Below are positions 36,588 to 50,313 of a stretch of DNA of 64,000 nt, piece by piece. Location of the stretch: the NCBI GenBank assembly GCA_030390025.1, contig CM059432.1, positions 59,646,001 to 59,710,000 of the forward strand, in the 5' to 3' direction. Each line of letters begins with the position of its first letter. Positions within the stretch are counted from its first letter, which is position 1. The stretch comes from Squalus acanthias. Lineage: Eukaryota. The translations under genes were made by a program, and so were the position numbers. The notes under the pieces were generated by a model. It was not told where the DNA came from. It saw nothing but the letters and a program-made list of their open reading frames with translations, and did not search any database.

Positions 36588-38215
36588 CATAGAATCATAG
36601 AAAGTTACAGCACGGAAGGAGGCCATTTCGGCCCATTGTGTCCGCGCCGGCCAGCAAAGAGCTATCCAGCCTAATCCCACTTCCCAGCTCTTGGTCCGTA
36701 GCCCTGCAGGTTAGAGCATCCCAAGTGCACATCCAAGTACTTTTTAAATGTGGTTAGGGTTCCTGCCTCTACCACCCTTTCAGGCAGTGAGTTCCAGACC
36801 CCCACAACCCTCTGGGTGAAGAAATTTCCCCTCAAATCCCCTCTAAACCTTCCACCAGTTACTTTAAATCTGTGTCCCCTAGTTTTTGACCCCTCTGCTA
36901 AGGGAAATAGGTCCTTTCTATCCACTTTATCTATGCCCCTCATAATTTTATACACCTCAATAAGGTCTCCCCTCAGCCTCCTCTGTTCCAAGGAAAACAG
37001 ACCCAGCCTATCCAGTCTTTCCTCATAGCTAAGATTCTCTACTCCCGGCAACATCCTTGTAAATCTCTTCTGTACCCTCTCTAGTGCAATCACATCTTTC
37101 CTGTAATGTGGTGACCAGAACTGCACGCAGTACTCTAGCTGAGGCCTAACTAGTGTTTTATACAGTTGAAGCATAACCCCCCTGCTCTTGTATTCTATGC
37201 CACGGCTAATAAAGGCAAGCATTCCGTATGCCTTCTTAACCTTATCTACCTGGCCTGCTACCTTCAGGGATCTGTGGACATGCACTCCAAGGTCCCTTTG
37301 TTCCTCTACACTACTCAGTGTCCTACCATTTAATGTGTATTCCCTTTCCTTGTTAGCCCTCCCCAAATGCATTACCTCACACTTCTCTGGATTGAATTCC
37401 ATTTGCCACTGTTCTGCCCACCTGACCAATTTATTGATATCTTCCTGCAGTCTACAGCTTCCTTCTTCAGTATCAACCACACAGCCGATTTTAGTATCAT
37501 CTGCAAACTTCTTAATCATACCCCCTATATTCAAGTCTAGATCATTGATATATACCACAAAAAGCAAGGAACTTAGTACTGAGCCCTGCGGAACCCCACT
37601 GGAAACAGCCTTCCAGTCACAAAAACACCCATCAACCATTACCCTCTGCTTCCTGTCTCCGAGCCAGTTTTGAATCCAACTTGACACTTTGCCCTGGATC
37701 CCATGGGCTTTCAACTTCATGACCAGTCTGCCATGTGGATACTTATCAAAAGTATTGCTAAAGTCCATATACACTACATCAAATGCACTATCCTCATCTA
37801 CCCTCCTTGTTACCTCCTCAAAAAATTCAATCAAGTTTGTCAGACACGACCTTCCCTTAACAAATCTATGCTGACTATCCTTGATTAATCCGTGTCTTTC
37901 TAAATGAAGATTTATCCTGTCCTTCAGAATTCTTTCCAATAATTTTCCCACCACCGAGGTTAGGCTGACTGGCCTGTAATTACTCGGTCTATCCTTTTCT
38001 CCCTTTTTAAACAAGGGTACCACATTAGCAATCCTCCAGTCCTCTGGCACCACACCTGAAGCCAGAGAGGATTGAAAAATGATGGTCAGGGCCTCTGCTA
38101 TTTCCTCTTTTGCTTCGCTTAACAGCCTGGGATACATTTCATCTGGGCCTGGGGATTTATCCACTTTTAAAGCTGCTAAACCCCTTAATACTTCCCCTCT
38201 CACTATGTTTACCAC
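36588..38215 (-). mobile_element. CR1 LINE, 5'-truncated, with an uninterrupted 514-aa RT reading frame
   Basis: ORF 36671-38215 contains all RT motifs (FADDTK) through WNSLP...GKWD, followed by a (CTATGATT) tail. Confidence 0.93.
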
Positions 38216-39739
38216 TTATACCAAAGGTCATAAGCCCTGAGCTAGAATAGTAGTTGCTGGGTACCAGGGAAAGAAGCATACCTGGATTGACTCTAGCTAA
38301 ATTCACTCAGGGAAGTTGGACAGCAGTGCAACCATGGGATCAGACATAGTTTACATATTGGTGATGTCATCAGTATTCTGAACAGAAGCCGCAAGGGTAT
38401 TACGAGTAATGAGTTAAGATGTAATAAATTTGGAAATCATTTATTGATTGAATCACTTCAACTAATTTATTCAATTGATTATTTCTTGTTTTTGTGATAC
38501 TGTGTTTGTGCCGTTTAATCCATTTTATCTGTTCTCTGCTGCATTTGGTTTCTGCTTCTTTTTGTGTTTGTTCATAGTCTACACCATTGTTTATAATTAT
38601 TATTTTTGCTCACTCCTTTTCCTCCTTTAAATGGTCTGTTTATTGTGGTTCTTGTCCAGTATATGTCATGTTAGCTACTATTTCCTCATATTAATCCTTT
38701 CATTTTCTCCCCCCACATTTCCCTGCCATGCTAAATTTATGTTCACAGAATGGTGTCATGCAGATGCCATCACAAAATTTAATTCATAGTGTCACATCTG
38801 TTGATAGCGTGTAGGACGGTTCTGTAGAACTGTAAAAATGTAAACAACAACAACTATAGATAAAATGATAGAGATTTTGGGTATGGCTTTATGCCTATGA
38901 GTATGGCATTTGAAGTCTTAGAACACAACCTTTCTGTTAAGGGTGACTCCCAACATTTTAAACTCTATGCAACAAGAATGCACACGAAACAAGAACCCTG
39001 ATTCCAATAAGATTGTGCAGTAAGACAACATACATTGTTTCCTCTAATTTCTTTTATTTTTCAATTAGTAATTTTTCCAGGGTAAGGAACTATTCTTTAG
39101 TCCACCTGGATTCATGCCTCTGTTACCGAGAGAACAAGAGAGCAGACTGTTCCCAGGCCCTGATAAAAATGCTGGTTGCAATGATGTACTCTGAAAGATT
39201 AGGAGAAAGATACCTGCATTTCATACTTAAGAGCAATTTGACATCACCAATACAAAGCAGGTGTTGCATCTGATACATGATGTGCATCTGTCTGTTTCAG
39301 CAAACATGATGTGTGTCCTCAGTTTGCCTTAACTGCCTTTCAAATGAGACCCAAGGACAGTTAGCAACCAATCAAATACAGAAAAGAACAATGAACAAGT
39401 TACATATCATGGACTGCAGCAAGTTATGCTGACCTCAGGATTTTAAATAGCATTTTGTTCAGTTCAATTGGACGCTGATAACCACATTAGCTTACAAAGA
39501 CATTTGTAGTCAGGATTTGTATAAATTGTTTCATATGCATACGTAGTAATAAAAATTACAAATATCTCTGTCCATTTATAATGCAAGTCAAAATGTATGT
39601 AAATTAAAACAACTTTATTATACAAAATGTATTATTTTAAGAAATTAGTCAGTGTGAGTAAAGGAAGTGAATATTGTAAACCTGAATGGCAACTTTTGCT
39701 ATCATGTAACATGGTAAGGGCAGGGGTAAAGCAAGACTC

Positions 39740-41215
39740 AGGTGGCAATTTTAACCTTGCTTATATTCCTGTTTACATCTAAAAATGGGGCAGTAGCGAG
39801 ACAAAAATTAAATGGAGAACAGAACCATCAACTTATCATTGGTTGTCCTCAGGTTCCAATTTTTGGGTGAACCTCAATTTAGGTGACTGCTGTTCCTGCC
39901 GGAAACAGGCAGCCTATTAAATATGTACAAATCGGTGTCAAATAACCTTGTCATGATCCCCAACAGCATTTTCACCTCTGGCTATGTTGCTACTGCCAGT
40001 TCCTTATCCCTCCTACAAACCATGAATAGTACGTCAGGAAGAGGCCATTTCCAGGAGTACTTGAAAGGATCCTCAGCTGCTCTCAGGTAAAATGCTGGAA
40101 AGTTTTGAGAGACATTTTGTTTGTATTACATTGCATTTTTTGGCTACTTAGCCCATTTCAAAAGTGCTTTCAGTGGCTGTAGAACATTCGGAACTCTTAA
40201 GGGGTTTATGCCAACGCACATTTTTATTCATGGGGACCATTTTAGTAATTCCACTCTGGCAAGAGGAAGAGGAGGAGGAGCTGCAACAGTAGGAGGGAGG
40301 AACAAACAGGGCTGCAGTGGCAGGGAGAGCAAATGCAAGGAAGCACGCTAGCAAGAATCCATACCCATCCAACAAAGTTTATAGGGCCAGGACAACATAC
40401 CTGTAGTTCTATGAGTAGCAGTGTATAAGGAGGCTTCACCTCTCTAGGGAGGCTGTCACAGAGTTGTGTCACCTTCTGCAACAAGACCTACAATCAGCTG
40501 CCACAGCTAGCACAGCATTACTGCAGCCCTCAACTTCTTTGCCTCCAGCTACCTTCAAGGCTGCTACAAGGGATGTCAGTAACAGCAGCCAGTCTGTAGT
40601 TTACGCTTACATTAAACAGATGACTGATGCCATTTTTTTGTTCTCATTAAGCAGGTGACAGATTCCATGTTTGCTCAAGCAAACAATTTCATTGTATTCC
40701 CTCTGGCCATCCGGAAGCAACAGGATAGAGCTTTGGGGTTAGCACAGATTGCAGGCTTCTCCTAATTCCTTGGCCTCATTGACTGCACCCATGTTGCCCT
40801 CTGGCCTCTTTCAGATGACCCCACTGTCTTCATGAATCACAAGGGCTTCCACTCCATTAATGTGAAACTGGTGTGTGATCACCAGCAGCTTGTCATGTAG
40901 GTTTGTGTCTGCTTTCCTTGTAGTTGCCATGATGCATTTATAATGCAGCAAACCTCAATCTCCCACTCTTTGCCCCTGCATGCAAGTGAATGGCTGGCTG
41001 CTTGAGGACATGGACTATTCTCTGCTCACTTGGCTCATGACTCCTCTGAGGAACCCACGTTCAGTAGCCAAACTGCGCTACAATCCGATCCATGGCCCAA
41101 CTAAAGCTCTCATTGAACAGAACATTGTTGCCTGGACAGGTCTGGTGGCTTCCTGCAATACAACCCACAAAGAAAGTCCCGTATGATGCTGTATGCTGCA
41201 TAACATTGTACTGCA
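39740..41215 (+). mobile_element. Degenerate PIF/Harbinger element with HARBI1-like transposase remnant
   Basis: Pieces ELCHLLQQDL, GLIDCTHVAL, FMNHKGFHSINVKLVCDH, CHDAFI and WLMTPLRNP, with stops and frameshifts. Confidence 0.8.
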
Positions 41216-41219
41216 CTAA

Positions 41220-42510
41220 TGAATAGTCAGCATGGATTTCAAAAGGGAAAGTCTTGCTTGACCAACCTCATTGAATTTTTTGAAGAGGTAACAGAGAGTA
41301 GACAAGGGTAATGTAGTAAATGTAATTTATCTAGATTTTCAAAAAGCCTTCGATAAGGTATCACGTAATAGACTAATGAATAAGGTCAGAGAATGCGGAG
41401 GCAGGGGACAAGTAGCAGAATGGATAGCTAGCTGGCTTCAAGATGGAAAGCAAAGAGTAGAAGTAAAAGTAGCTATTCAGAGTGTCAAAAGGTGGTAAGT
41501 GATGTTCCACAAGGATCAGTGCTGGGACCAAAATTGTTCACAATTTATATTAACGATTTAGACTTTAGAATCAAAAACACAATTTCTAAATTTGCGGATG
41601 ACATCAAATTGGGGAGGGGGAGATAGTCAATACTGAGGAGGACTGCAACAAATTACAAGAAGACATTAATAAACTTGCAGATGGGCACATAATTGGCAAA
41701 TGAATTTCAACACAGAAATGTGAGGTATTACATTTTGGTAAGAAAAATAGGGAGGTCACATATTACTTGGAAAATAAGAATCTAATCGGGGTAGATGAGC
41801 AAAGGGATCTCGGAGTACAAATACACAAATCACTGAAAGTAGCGACGCAGGTTAACAAGGCCATAAAATAAGCAAACCAAGCACTAAGGTTTATTTCTAG
41901 AGGGATTGAATTGAAAAGTAGAGAAGTTATGCTAAACTTGTATCGAACCTTGGTTAGTCCACAATTGGAGTACTGTGTACAGCTCTGGTCTCCATATTAT
42001 AAAAAGGATAGAGGCACTGGAGAGGGTGCAAAAATATATTTACAAGGAAGATACCAGAAATGCGAGGGTATACCTATCGGGAAAGGATGAACAAGCTGAG
42101 TCTCTTTTCTCTTGAAAAGAGAAGGCTGAGGGGTGACCTATTAGAGGTCTTTAAAATTATGAATGGTTTTGATAGAGTACACAGAGAGAGTGTTTCCACT
42201 TGTGGGGAAGAGCAAAACTAGAGGCCATTAATATAAGATAGTCACCAAGAAATCCAATAGGGAATTCAGAAGAAACTTCTTTACCCAGAGAGTGGTGAAA
42301 ATGTGGAACTCGCTACCAAAGGGAGTGGTTGAAGCAAATAGTATAGATCCATTTAAGGGGAGGCCAGATAAGCACATGAGAGAGAATAGAATAGAGGGTT
42401 ATGCTGATAGAGTTAGATGAGGAAAGACGGGAAGAGGCTCGAGTGGAGCATAAATGCCGGCATAGACTGGTTGGGCCAAATGGCCTGTTTCAGTGCTGTA
42501 TACCCTATGT
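41220..42510 (+). mobile_element. Old AT-rich CR1 3' fragment
   Basis: SQHGFQKGKSCLTNL, KFADDIKL, WNSLP and 3' UTR remnants. Another short CR1 piece follows to about 42726. Confidence 0.85.
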
Positions 42511-42726
42511 AACCCTAGATACCGAGAGCTAAATACTGCTGAAAGCCTAGAGGAGTATCGAAAGTGCAAGGAGAAATTAGGAAAGCAAAGAGCGTGCATG
42601 CAAAAATATTAGCAAGTAAAATCAAGGAAAACACAAAGATGTTTTATAAATAAATAAAAAGGAGGTTAACTAATAAAGAGTAGGGCCTATTTGAGACCAA
42701 AAAGGTAACCTGTGTGTGGAGGCAGA

Positions 42727-44276
42727 ACATATGAACATAAGAATTAGGAGCAGGAGTAGGCCATATGGCCCCTTGAGCCTGCTCCGCCATTCAATAAGAT
42801 CATGGCTGATCTTCGACTTCAACTCCACTTTCCTGCATGATCCCCCTAGAGTCCAAAAATCTATCTATCTCAGCCATTCCAATGATTCACAACCCTCTGA
42901 GTGAATAAATTCCTTCTCATCTCAGTTAAATGGCCAACCCCTTATCCTGAGACTATGCCCCATAGTTCTAGACTCTCCAGCCAGGGGAAACAACCTCAGC
43001 ATCTACCCTGTCAATCCCCTTCAGATCTTGTATGTTTCAATGAGATCACCTCTCATTCTTCTAAACTCCAGAGAGTATAGGCCCATTCTACACAATCTCT
43101 CCTCATAGGACAGCCCTCTCATCCCAAGAATCAACCTAGTGAACCTTCACTGCACCACCACTAAGGCATGTATATCTTTCCTCAGATAAGGAGACCAAAA
43201 CTGTGCACAGTACTCCAGGTGTGGTCTTAGTAAAGCCCTGTACAATTGTAGTAAGACTTCCTCACTTTTGTACTTCAACCTCCTTGCAATAAAGGCCAAC
43301 ATGCCATTTGCCTTCCTAATTGCTTGCTATACCTGCATGCTAACTCTCTGGCCCAGATTTCCCGGGGCCATTGACCTCCGTAAGTGCCCCGCAAGTTCCG
43401 GGTTTCCGCATGTGACGTGCATATGTGAAAACCTGGAACTTGCGATCTGACAAGAATTTTCTTGACAGATCATCCGCATCCCGGGAAATGGACATTCGCT
43501 GGCGGAGAGTTGGGCTATTTGCCCAACTACTTTCTAGTGAATGCCCATGAAACTCTTACACCTGGTAAAAGCAGGCATAAGGCCTTCTTTTACCAGTGTA
43601 AGGGTTTAAATAAATATTAAAATAAAATTTTAAAAATCATTTTAACATTCAAAAACCTGTAAAATAAGTTTAGGTATTTTGGTCCCTTGAAAAATGTTTA
43701 AATATATTTTTCAAAAAATTTAATTTTTGTTTTAAATGTTTAATTAAATTGTATTTTAATTAATGTTAAACATGTAATGATATTTTTTTATTTCAGTGTT
43801 GTGTACGTGTATTTTTTGGGTGATTCCTATTAAGCTTATGGGGATTCCGTACGTAAATGGAATCCCCCCATAAGCATAATGGGAATCCCCTTTCTGATTG
43901 GTTGGGCCGGCCCACGTGCTTCCAGGGACGCTTGCAAACCGCATGCGCCCTGGGATACGTGAGCCTTTACGCATAGAGGCCCAGGAGCGTGAGTCTCCGT
44001 GGATCCAGGAGCATCAGGTAGGTTCTTAGTTTTATTGCGGTTCGGAGGCATCCGCCGCGGGAAACCTCCGACCACAATTTCAGGCCCTCTGTGCTTTCTG
44101 TATGAGGACACCTAAATCTCTCTGAACACCGACATTTAATAGTTTCTCACCATTTAAAAAATGTTTTTCTATTCTTCCTACCAAAGTGAATAACCTCACA
44201 TTCACCCACATTATACTCCAGCTGCCACCTTATTGCCCACTCACTTAACTTGTCTATATCCCTTTGCAGGCTCTTT
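42727..44276 (-). mobile_element. CR1 3' fragment interrupted by a MITE
   Basis: CR1 tail at the left end, PHLEYCAQFWSP-coding remnant, and resumption after 44087. Confidence 0.85.
43350..44087. mobile_element. PIF/Harbinger-type MITE
   Basis: Imperfect TIRs GGCCCAGATTT / AATTTCAGGCCC and TSD TCT. The interior is similar to 49166-54701. Confidence 0.75.
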
Positions 44277-44681
44277 GGGCTGGATTTTCAATGACCCGTG
44301 GAGTCGGGTTTGGAGGCGTGTGGGGGGTTAAAGTTGCAGATTCGGGGGTCCCGACCCCATCCCGACTCCACGCAATTTTGACAAAATCGGTCGCGGGGTT
44401 CCCGACTCTGTCCCGCCTCCAAGAGGCGGGAGAGGCCATTAAAGCCCTTAACAAGCCCTAAATTGGCTCTGTAATGCCATTTTGAAATGTTTTAGCTAGT
44501 TTAACCCTTTTCCAACGTGAAGTACGCCTGATGTGAAACACGCCAGTGAAACCTGGCGGGAGCACAAGTGGATAGCTGACTATCAACTGCAGGTCCACTA
44601 TTACAACAGAGATGTGATGAAGGTAGTAGTAGTATTAGGTCTGAAAGTCGCCTCTGATGCTGCTGCATTGGATGTCTTCAC

Positions 44682-44714
<33 letters not shown>

Positions 44715-44976
44715 GCTCATTTTGCATCCAGGTCCTCTCACAGCAAAGGCCAGGCAATCTCTGAGACCAGGCAGTCTCTGACCTGCAATGATGACATCAT
44801 CAGAGGTGACTTTCAGACTGAAACCACTAATTGGTTCATGGGTTCCCACATGCTGGAACTCAATTGCCCAATTAAGTGAAAATTGCATCAATCTCCCACA
44901 TCCAATTGCAGGCGGGTGGATAACACGAAATGCGGATGACACGACCCCAACCCGCCCCAGTATCAAAATCCAGCCC
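44277..44976. mobile_element. PIF/Harbinger-type MITE containing a (CT)n tract
   Basis: Perfect 12-bp TIR GGGCTGGATTTT / AAAATCCAGCCC; flanks TTT / TTC. Confidence 0.82.
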
Positions 44977-45046
44977 TTCCACTCTCTCCAAATTCCCAAT
45001 TTTAACACTCTTGTTTAGAAGCACTCTGTTTAAGAACACTCTGTAC

Positions 45047-45341
45047 GCGACCTCCACCACCTAGAAGGACAGGGGCAGCAGGCGCGTGGGAACACCATCA
45101 CCTCCAAGTTCCCCTTCAAGTCACACACCATCCTGACTTGGAAATATATTGCTGTTCCTTAATTGTCACTGGGTCAAAATCCTGGAACTCCCTCCTTAAC
45201 AGCACTATGGGAGTATCTTCACCACAAGGACTGTAGCGGTTCAAGAAGGTGGTTCACCACCACATTCTCAAGGGCAATTAGAAATGGGCACTATATGCTG
45301 ACCTTGCCAGTGATGCCCACATCCCAGGAATGAATAAAAAA
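45047..45341 (+). mobile_element. 3' end of the second LINE family
   Basis: Matches about 57375-57668 (WNSL remnant, CAAGGGCAATTAG...CACATCCCAGGAATGAAT-An). Confidence 0.8.
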
Positions 45342-45394
45342 CACTGTTTAGAAGCACACCGTTTAAAACCACTCTGTACAGACCACTCTTACAG

Positions 45395-47402
45395 AAGACA
45401 TGGGTATGGTTCTTAGTGAATACTTTGTGTCTGTCTTCAAAAAAGAGAGGGCGATGCAGACATTGAAATTAAGGAGGAGGAGTGTGAAATAAACATAGAT
45501 GAGATAAACATAGTGAGAGAGAAAATATTAAGGGGTTCAGCATCTTTGAAAGTAGATAAATCACCAGGCCCAGATGAAATGTAAGAGAAGTAAGGCAAAA
45601 ATAGCGGAGGCACTGACCATCATTTTTCAATCCTCTCTGGCTATAGGTGTGGTGCTGGAGGACTGGAGGACAGCTAATGTTGTACCATTGTTTAAAAGGG
45701 GAGTAAGAGATAGACCAAGTAATTACAGGCCAGCCAGCTATTGGAAAAAATTCTGAGGGACAGTATTAATCATCATTTAGAAAGGCATGGATTAATCAAG
45801 GGCAGTCAGCATGGATTTGTTAAGGAAAGGTTGTGTCTGACTAACTTTATTGAATTTTTTAAGGAGTTAACAAGGAGGGTCAATGAGGGTAGCGCATTTG
45901 ATGTAGTATACATGGATTTTAACAAGGCTTTTGACAAGGTCCCACATGGCAGACTGTTCAGAAAAGAAAAAGCCCATGGGATCCAAGGGAAAGTGACAAG
46001 ATGGATTCAAAATTGGCTAAGTGGCAGGAAGCAAAGGGTAGTGTTTTTGTGACTGGAAGGATGTTTCCAGTGGGGTTCTGCAGGGCTCAGTACTGTGTCC
46101 CTTGCTTTTTGTGGTACAGGAAACTCTCTTTTAACCGGCACCCAAATAACCGGAAATCTCTCTTAACCGGCAAAATTCTTGAGTAGGTAACCGGGGTTTT
46201 CCTTCATCTCTCCTTTAAAAATAACTTTGAAAAAAACCCCGAGGCGTTTGCCTTGTATCGGAGCGTGTAGATTGGGAGGGGAATGTGCAGCCCGGGTAGG
46301 CAGCGGACACGACAAATGGTCAGCTGGCGGTCCCCGGGGAGACGGAGCTCCAAATGCAGGCGCATGTCAGTGTGTACGGGGCTCTCGTACGTTGGGAGAT
46401 ATAACTCTCCATTATCCGGACTTTTTGATTAACCGGCACCATGCCGGTCCCGTCGGTGCCGGTTAATAAAGAGTTTCCTGTATATATCAATGATTTAGAC
46501 ATCAATGTAGGGGACATGATTACGAAGTATGCAGACGATACAAAAATTGGCTGTGAGGAAGAAAACTGTAGACTGCAGAAAGATATCAATGACCTGGTCA
46601 GGTGGGCAGAAAAGTGTCAAATGGAATTCAATCCAGAGAAGTGTGAAGTACTGCATTTGGGGAGGGCTAACAAGGCAATGGAAGACACAATAAATGGTAG
46701 GATACTGAGAAGTGTAGAGGAACAGAGGGACCTTGCAGTTCATGTCCATAGATCCCTGAAGGTAGATAAGGTGGTTAAGAAGGCATACGGGATACTTTCC
46801 TTTATTAGCTGAGGCATAGAATATAAGAGCGGTGAGGTTATGCTTGAACTGTATAAAACACTAGTTAGGCCACAGCTAGACTACCATGTACCATTCTGGT
46901 CACCACATTGCAGGAAAGATGTGATTGCACTGGAGAGGGTACAAAGGAGATTTACAAGGATGTTGCCAGGACTGGAGAATTGCAGCTATGAGGAAAGATT
47001 GGATAGGCTGGGGTTGTTTTCTTTGGAACAGAGGAGACTGAGGGGAGACTTAATTGAGGTGTATAAAATTATGAGGGGCCTAGATAGAGTAGATAGGAAG
47101 GACCTATTTCCCTTAGCAGAGAGGATAATAACTAGGGGGCATAGATTTAAAGTAATTGATCGAAGGATTAGAGGGGAGTTGAGAACTTTTTTTCACCCAG
47201 AGGGTGATGGGGGTCTGAAATTCACTGCTTGAAAGGGTGGTAGTGGCAGAAACACTCATCGCATTTAAAAAGTATTTGGTTATACAAGGCTACGGACCAA
47301 GAGCTGTAAAATGGGATTAGGCTGGATAGCTCTTTTTCGGCCGGCACAGACACGATGGGCCGAATGGCCTCCTTCTGTGCTGTAAATTTCTATGCTTCTA
47401 TG
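45395..47402 (+). mobile_element. CR1 LINE, 5'-truncated, interrupted by a Tc1/mariner MITE
   Basis: DWRTANVVPLFK, DFNKAFDKV, KYADDTK and LVRPQLDY, then the tail. Confidence 0.9.
46117..46480. mobile_element. Tc1/mariner-superfamily (pogo/Tigger-like) MITE, 364 bp
   Basis: 26-bp TIR CAGGAAACTCTCTTTTAACCGGCACC with 2 mismatches and a TA TSD. The CR1 sequence resumes precisely across it. Confidence 0.88.
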
Positions 47403-47625
47403 TACATTGAGATAGATTTTTTTTGTATTTCAGGAGTATTCAATAGAGATAATTCAATAACCTGTACTACAATTAGGGAGCTGCACTCAGAGGGAGCGTC
47501 TCTTGAAAATAGGGCTACAACATGGTGGATTTGCCTTATTATGAATTAATTATGAAAATCAAACAGTGTGAGGAATTTTTTTTCTTGGAAATTTTTCTGT
47601 AAATCATGTAAAAGCTTTATCAATA

Positions 47626-48066
47626 AAGAAAGATGTTGTCTTTCACAATCTCAAGATGTCCTATAGTGCTTCACACCCAATTAAGTGTAGTGTCTATTGT
47701 AATGTAGGGAAACGTGGCAGCCAATTTGAGTTTTGCAAAGTCTCAGAAACAGCAATGAGATAAATGAGCAGATAATCCGTATTTTCAGTGATGTTAGTAT
47801 AGGAATAATATTGGCCAGGACACTGCGAGAACTCTCCTGCTCTTCTTCGAAAAGTGTCATACGACCTTTTATGTCCATCTGAGAGGACAGATGAGATCTC
47901 GGTTTAATGTCTCTTCCAAAAGATAGCACCTTTGACCATACAGAACTTCCTCAGTACTTCACTGAAGTGCCAGCCTAGATTATGTGCTTAAGTCTCGTGG
48001 AGTGAGGTTTGAACCCACAACCTTCTAGTTCAGAGGCAAGAATGCTATCACGGAGCCAAGTCTGAT
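47626..48066 (-). mobile_element. Deu-domain SINE
   Basis: Collinear with 35626-36080. Confidence 0.78.
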
Positions 48067-49249
48067 TCCTAAATTTAAAAAATATAACTTCAGTTATTTA
48101 CTTCAAATGAAAGACACTTGAATTAATTCTGCCTTATCTACAGCTTGGCATTGCTCCTGATTGCTGCCCTGACTCTAGTTCCGATCCTGCTTCTGAGTAC
48201 CAAATCTGTAATTATCAACATTTACATTATGTGCCTATTCATGATTGGTTTCATAAAATAAATAAATGTGGTAAATTTTCTTGAAAACAAAAAGTATCAA
48301 TAATATATCTGGGATCCTCTATAATTGGTGGAAATATATGCTTTTGCACATTGGAATTCTATGTTTGGATCGAGTATGTGTTCATATGAACTTAACTTGA
48401 GCAGCAGATTAGGTAAGTACTTTGTCACCTTTGGGCTAGACTAAATCCAGTTTCTTGGCCATCTTTGTCAGAGATTTTAAGTGCAAGCATTTTCTGAGTC
48501 ATAGCATCAGCCCAATCTATAGCAAAGAGCTCATTTAGATAGATTCAACGTATCGAAGATTGGATAGCTGCTGTAGGATTATCCAGTTATTATGAAGCAT
48601 ATTTTCCAATTGACAAAGTTCACGTTTGAATGCTTGATGTAAAAAAAAGGAAAAATTGCATTTTTCTAGTGCCTTTCATAACCTCAGGACACCCCAAAGC
48701 CCTTTACAGCCAATAAAGTACTTTTGAAGTGCAGTCAGTTATAATGTTGGTACTACTTTCCTTTGTGCTACTTTTAGGCAGGTAGATAAGCTGTTTATTT
48801 TAAATACTGCAACTAAGGTAAACAAATTTAGTAATCCTAGTCAGAAATATTGAAATGAGATCTGTGTTTAATTCAGGGGAACCGCCATCTCAAAAAAGGC
48901 CAAGAATGCCCATGCAGCTTATGTGAGGGCTCTGCCCTGCTAAATTAGTTATTGTTGTGCCGCCTCTAGGCTCATAAAATGGGTGCAACGATGTTAAATT
49001 TAAGCCCCATTGTGTCAGATACGTGTAATACAACAAAAGGACAGGAGCGGGAATGCTGTGTCAACAGATGGGGAACCAGTGTAGACTGGTGGGGACCAGT
49101 TATGTTAAGAACAAAAAAAGGGTGAGGAGAGATGTGGAACTGCAACAGAAGCACTTCGGAATATTGGCCCAGATATTCCGATCCCTACGGGTGGGTACGC
49201 GCTGTGTACCCACCTGTAGGGACATCGGAAATGCCGGTTTCATGTATGC

Positions 49250-49690
49250 ACAGCGACACGGTGGCATAGTGGTTAGCACTGGTGCCTCACAGCGCCAGGG
49301 ACCTGGGTTCGAATCTGGCCTCGGGTGACTGTCTGTGTGGAGTTTGCACATTCTCCCCGTGTCTGCGTGGGTTTCCTCCGGGTGCTCCGGTTTCCTCCCA
49401 CAGTCCAAAAATGTGCAGGTTAGGTTGATTTGGCTATGATAAATTGACCCTTAGTGTTAGGGGGGGATTAAATATGTGGGGTTATGAGGATAGGAAGGGA
49501 TATGTTAGGGGGAATTAAATACGTGGGGTTACGGGGATAGGGTGGGATATGTGTCGGTGCAGGCTCGATGGGGATTCTGTGTGAGAAAGCAGGGACAGGG
49601 ATTTGGATGATCAGCCATGATCGTATTGAATGGTGGAGCAGGCTCAACGGGCCGAATGGCCTACTCCTGCTCCTAGTTTCTATGTTTCTA
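49250..49690 (+). mobile_element. HE1-like V-SINE with CR1-type tail
   Basis: Same head and V-domain as 33313-33617; ends GAATGGCCTACTCCTGCTCCTAGTTTCTATGTTTCTA. Confidence 0.88.
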
Positions 49691-50054
49691 AAACCAGCAT
49701 TTCTGATCTGTCAAGCATGGTCTTGACAGATCCTCCGGCTGCCCTGGAGAAGGGCCTCTGAGGGCGGATAGTTCCGCTTTTTGGAGACCCTCCGCCCGCA
49801 GAAAACACTTACAATTCTTACGCCTGGTAAAAGCGCATAAGGCCTGCTTTTACCAGGATAAGAGTTGAAAAAAAAGTTAAAAAAAAAATTTTTTTTTCAC
49901 TTATTTATCATTTAAAATACTTTAAAAAAAGGTAGGTTTATTTTTAGCCCCGTAAAAAACTTTAATTATTTTTTTCAAAAAATTAAATTCGTTTAAAATA
50001 CTTAATTTATTGTAATTTCAAGTCATTTTAAAAATGTGATTTAAAAAAAAATGT

Positions 50055-50295
50055 TGTTGAGGCTGCCGCGAAACACGAATTAAGGCTGAATCCATTTGTG
50101 TTTAACAAGAGACTTTTTAATCACAGCATGGCACAAAATGGCAGAACCGAAAAGCTCCCAGAATTCTCTGGGTAAAACCTGAGGCCCCGCCCCCTCCTGC
50201 CTTAAAGGTAAGGTGCCTTAAAGGGAAGGGGCTGAAAATTTGTCCACAGATGGAAGAGTGGATTATGCCCGTTTTAAGTGGCGATCCGCCACACA
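50055..50295 (-). repeat. 3' LTR
   Basis: Direct repeat of 54166-54406, preceded on the minus strand by a polypurine tract. Confidence 0.95.
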
Positions 50296-50313
50296 GCTCC
50301 CCCCAGAATCCGC

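Noticed and set aside
48130..48420. Splice-like signals on the plus strand (ctacAG near 48143, AG-GTAAGT near 48412; similar near 31985-32025)
   Set aside because: No coherent reading frame or homology; cannot be supported without RNA data.
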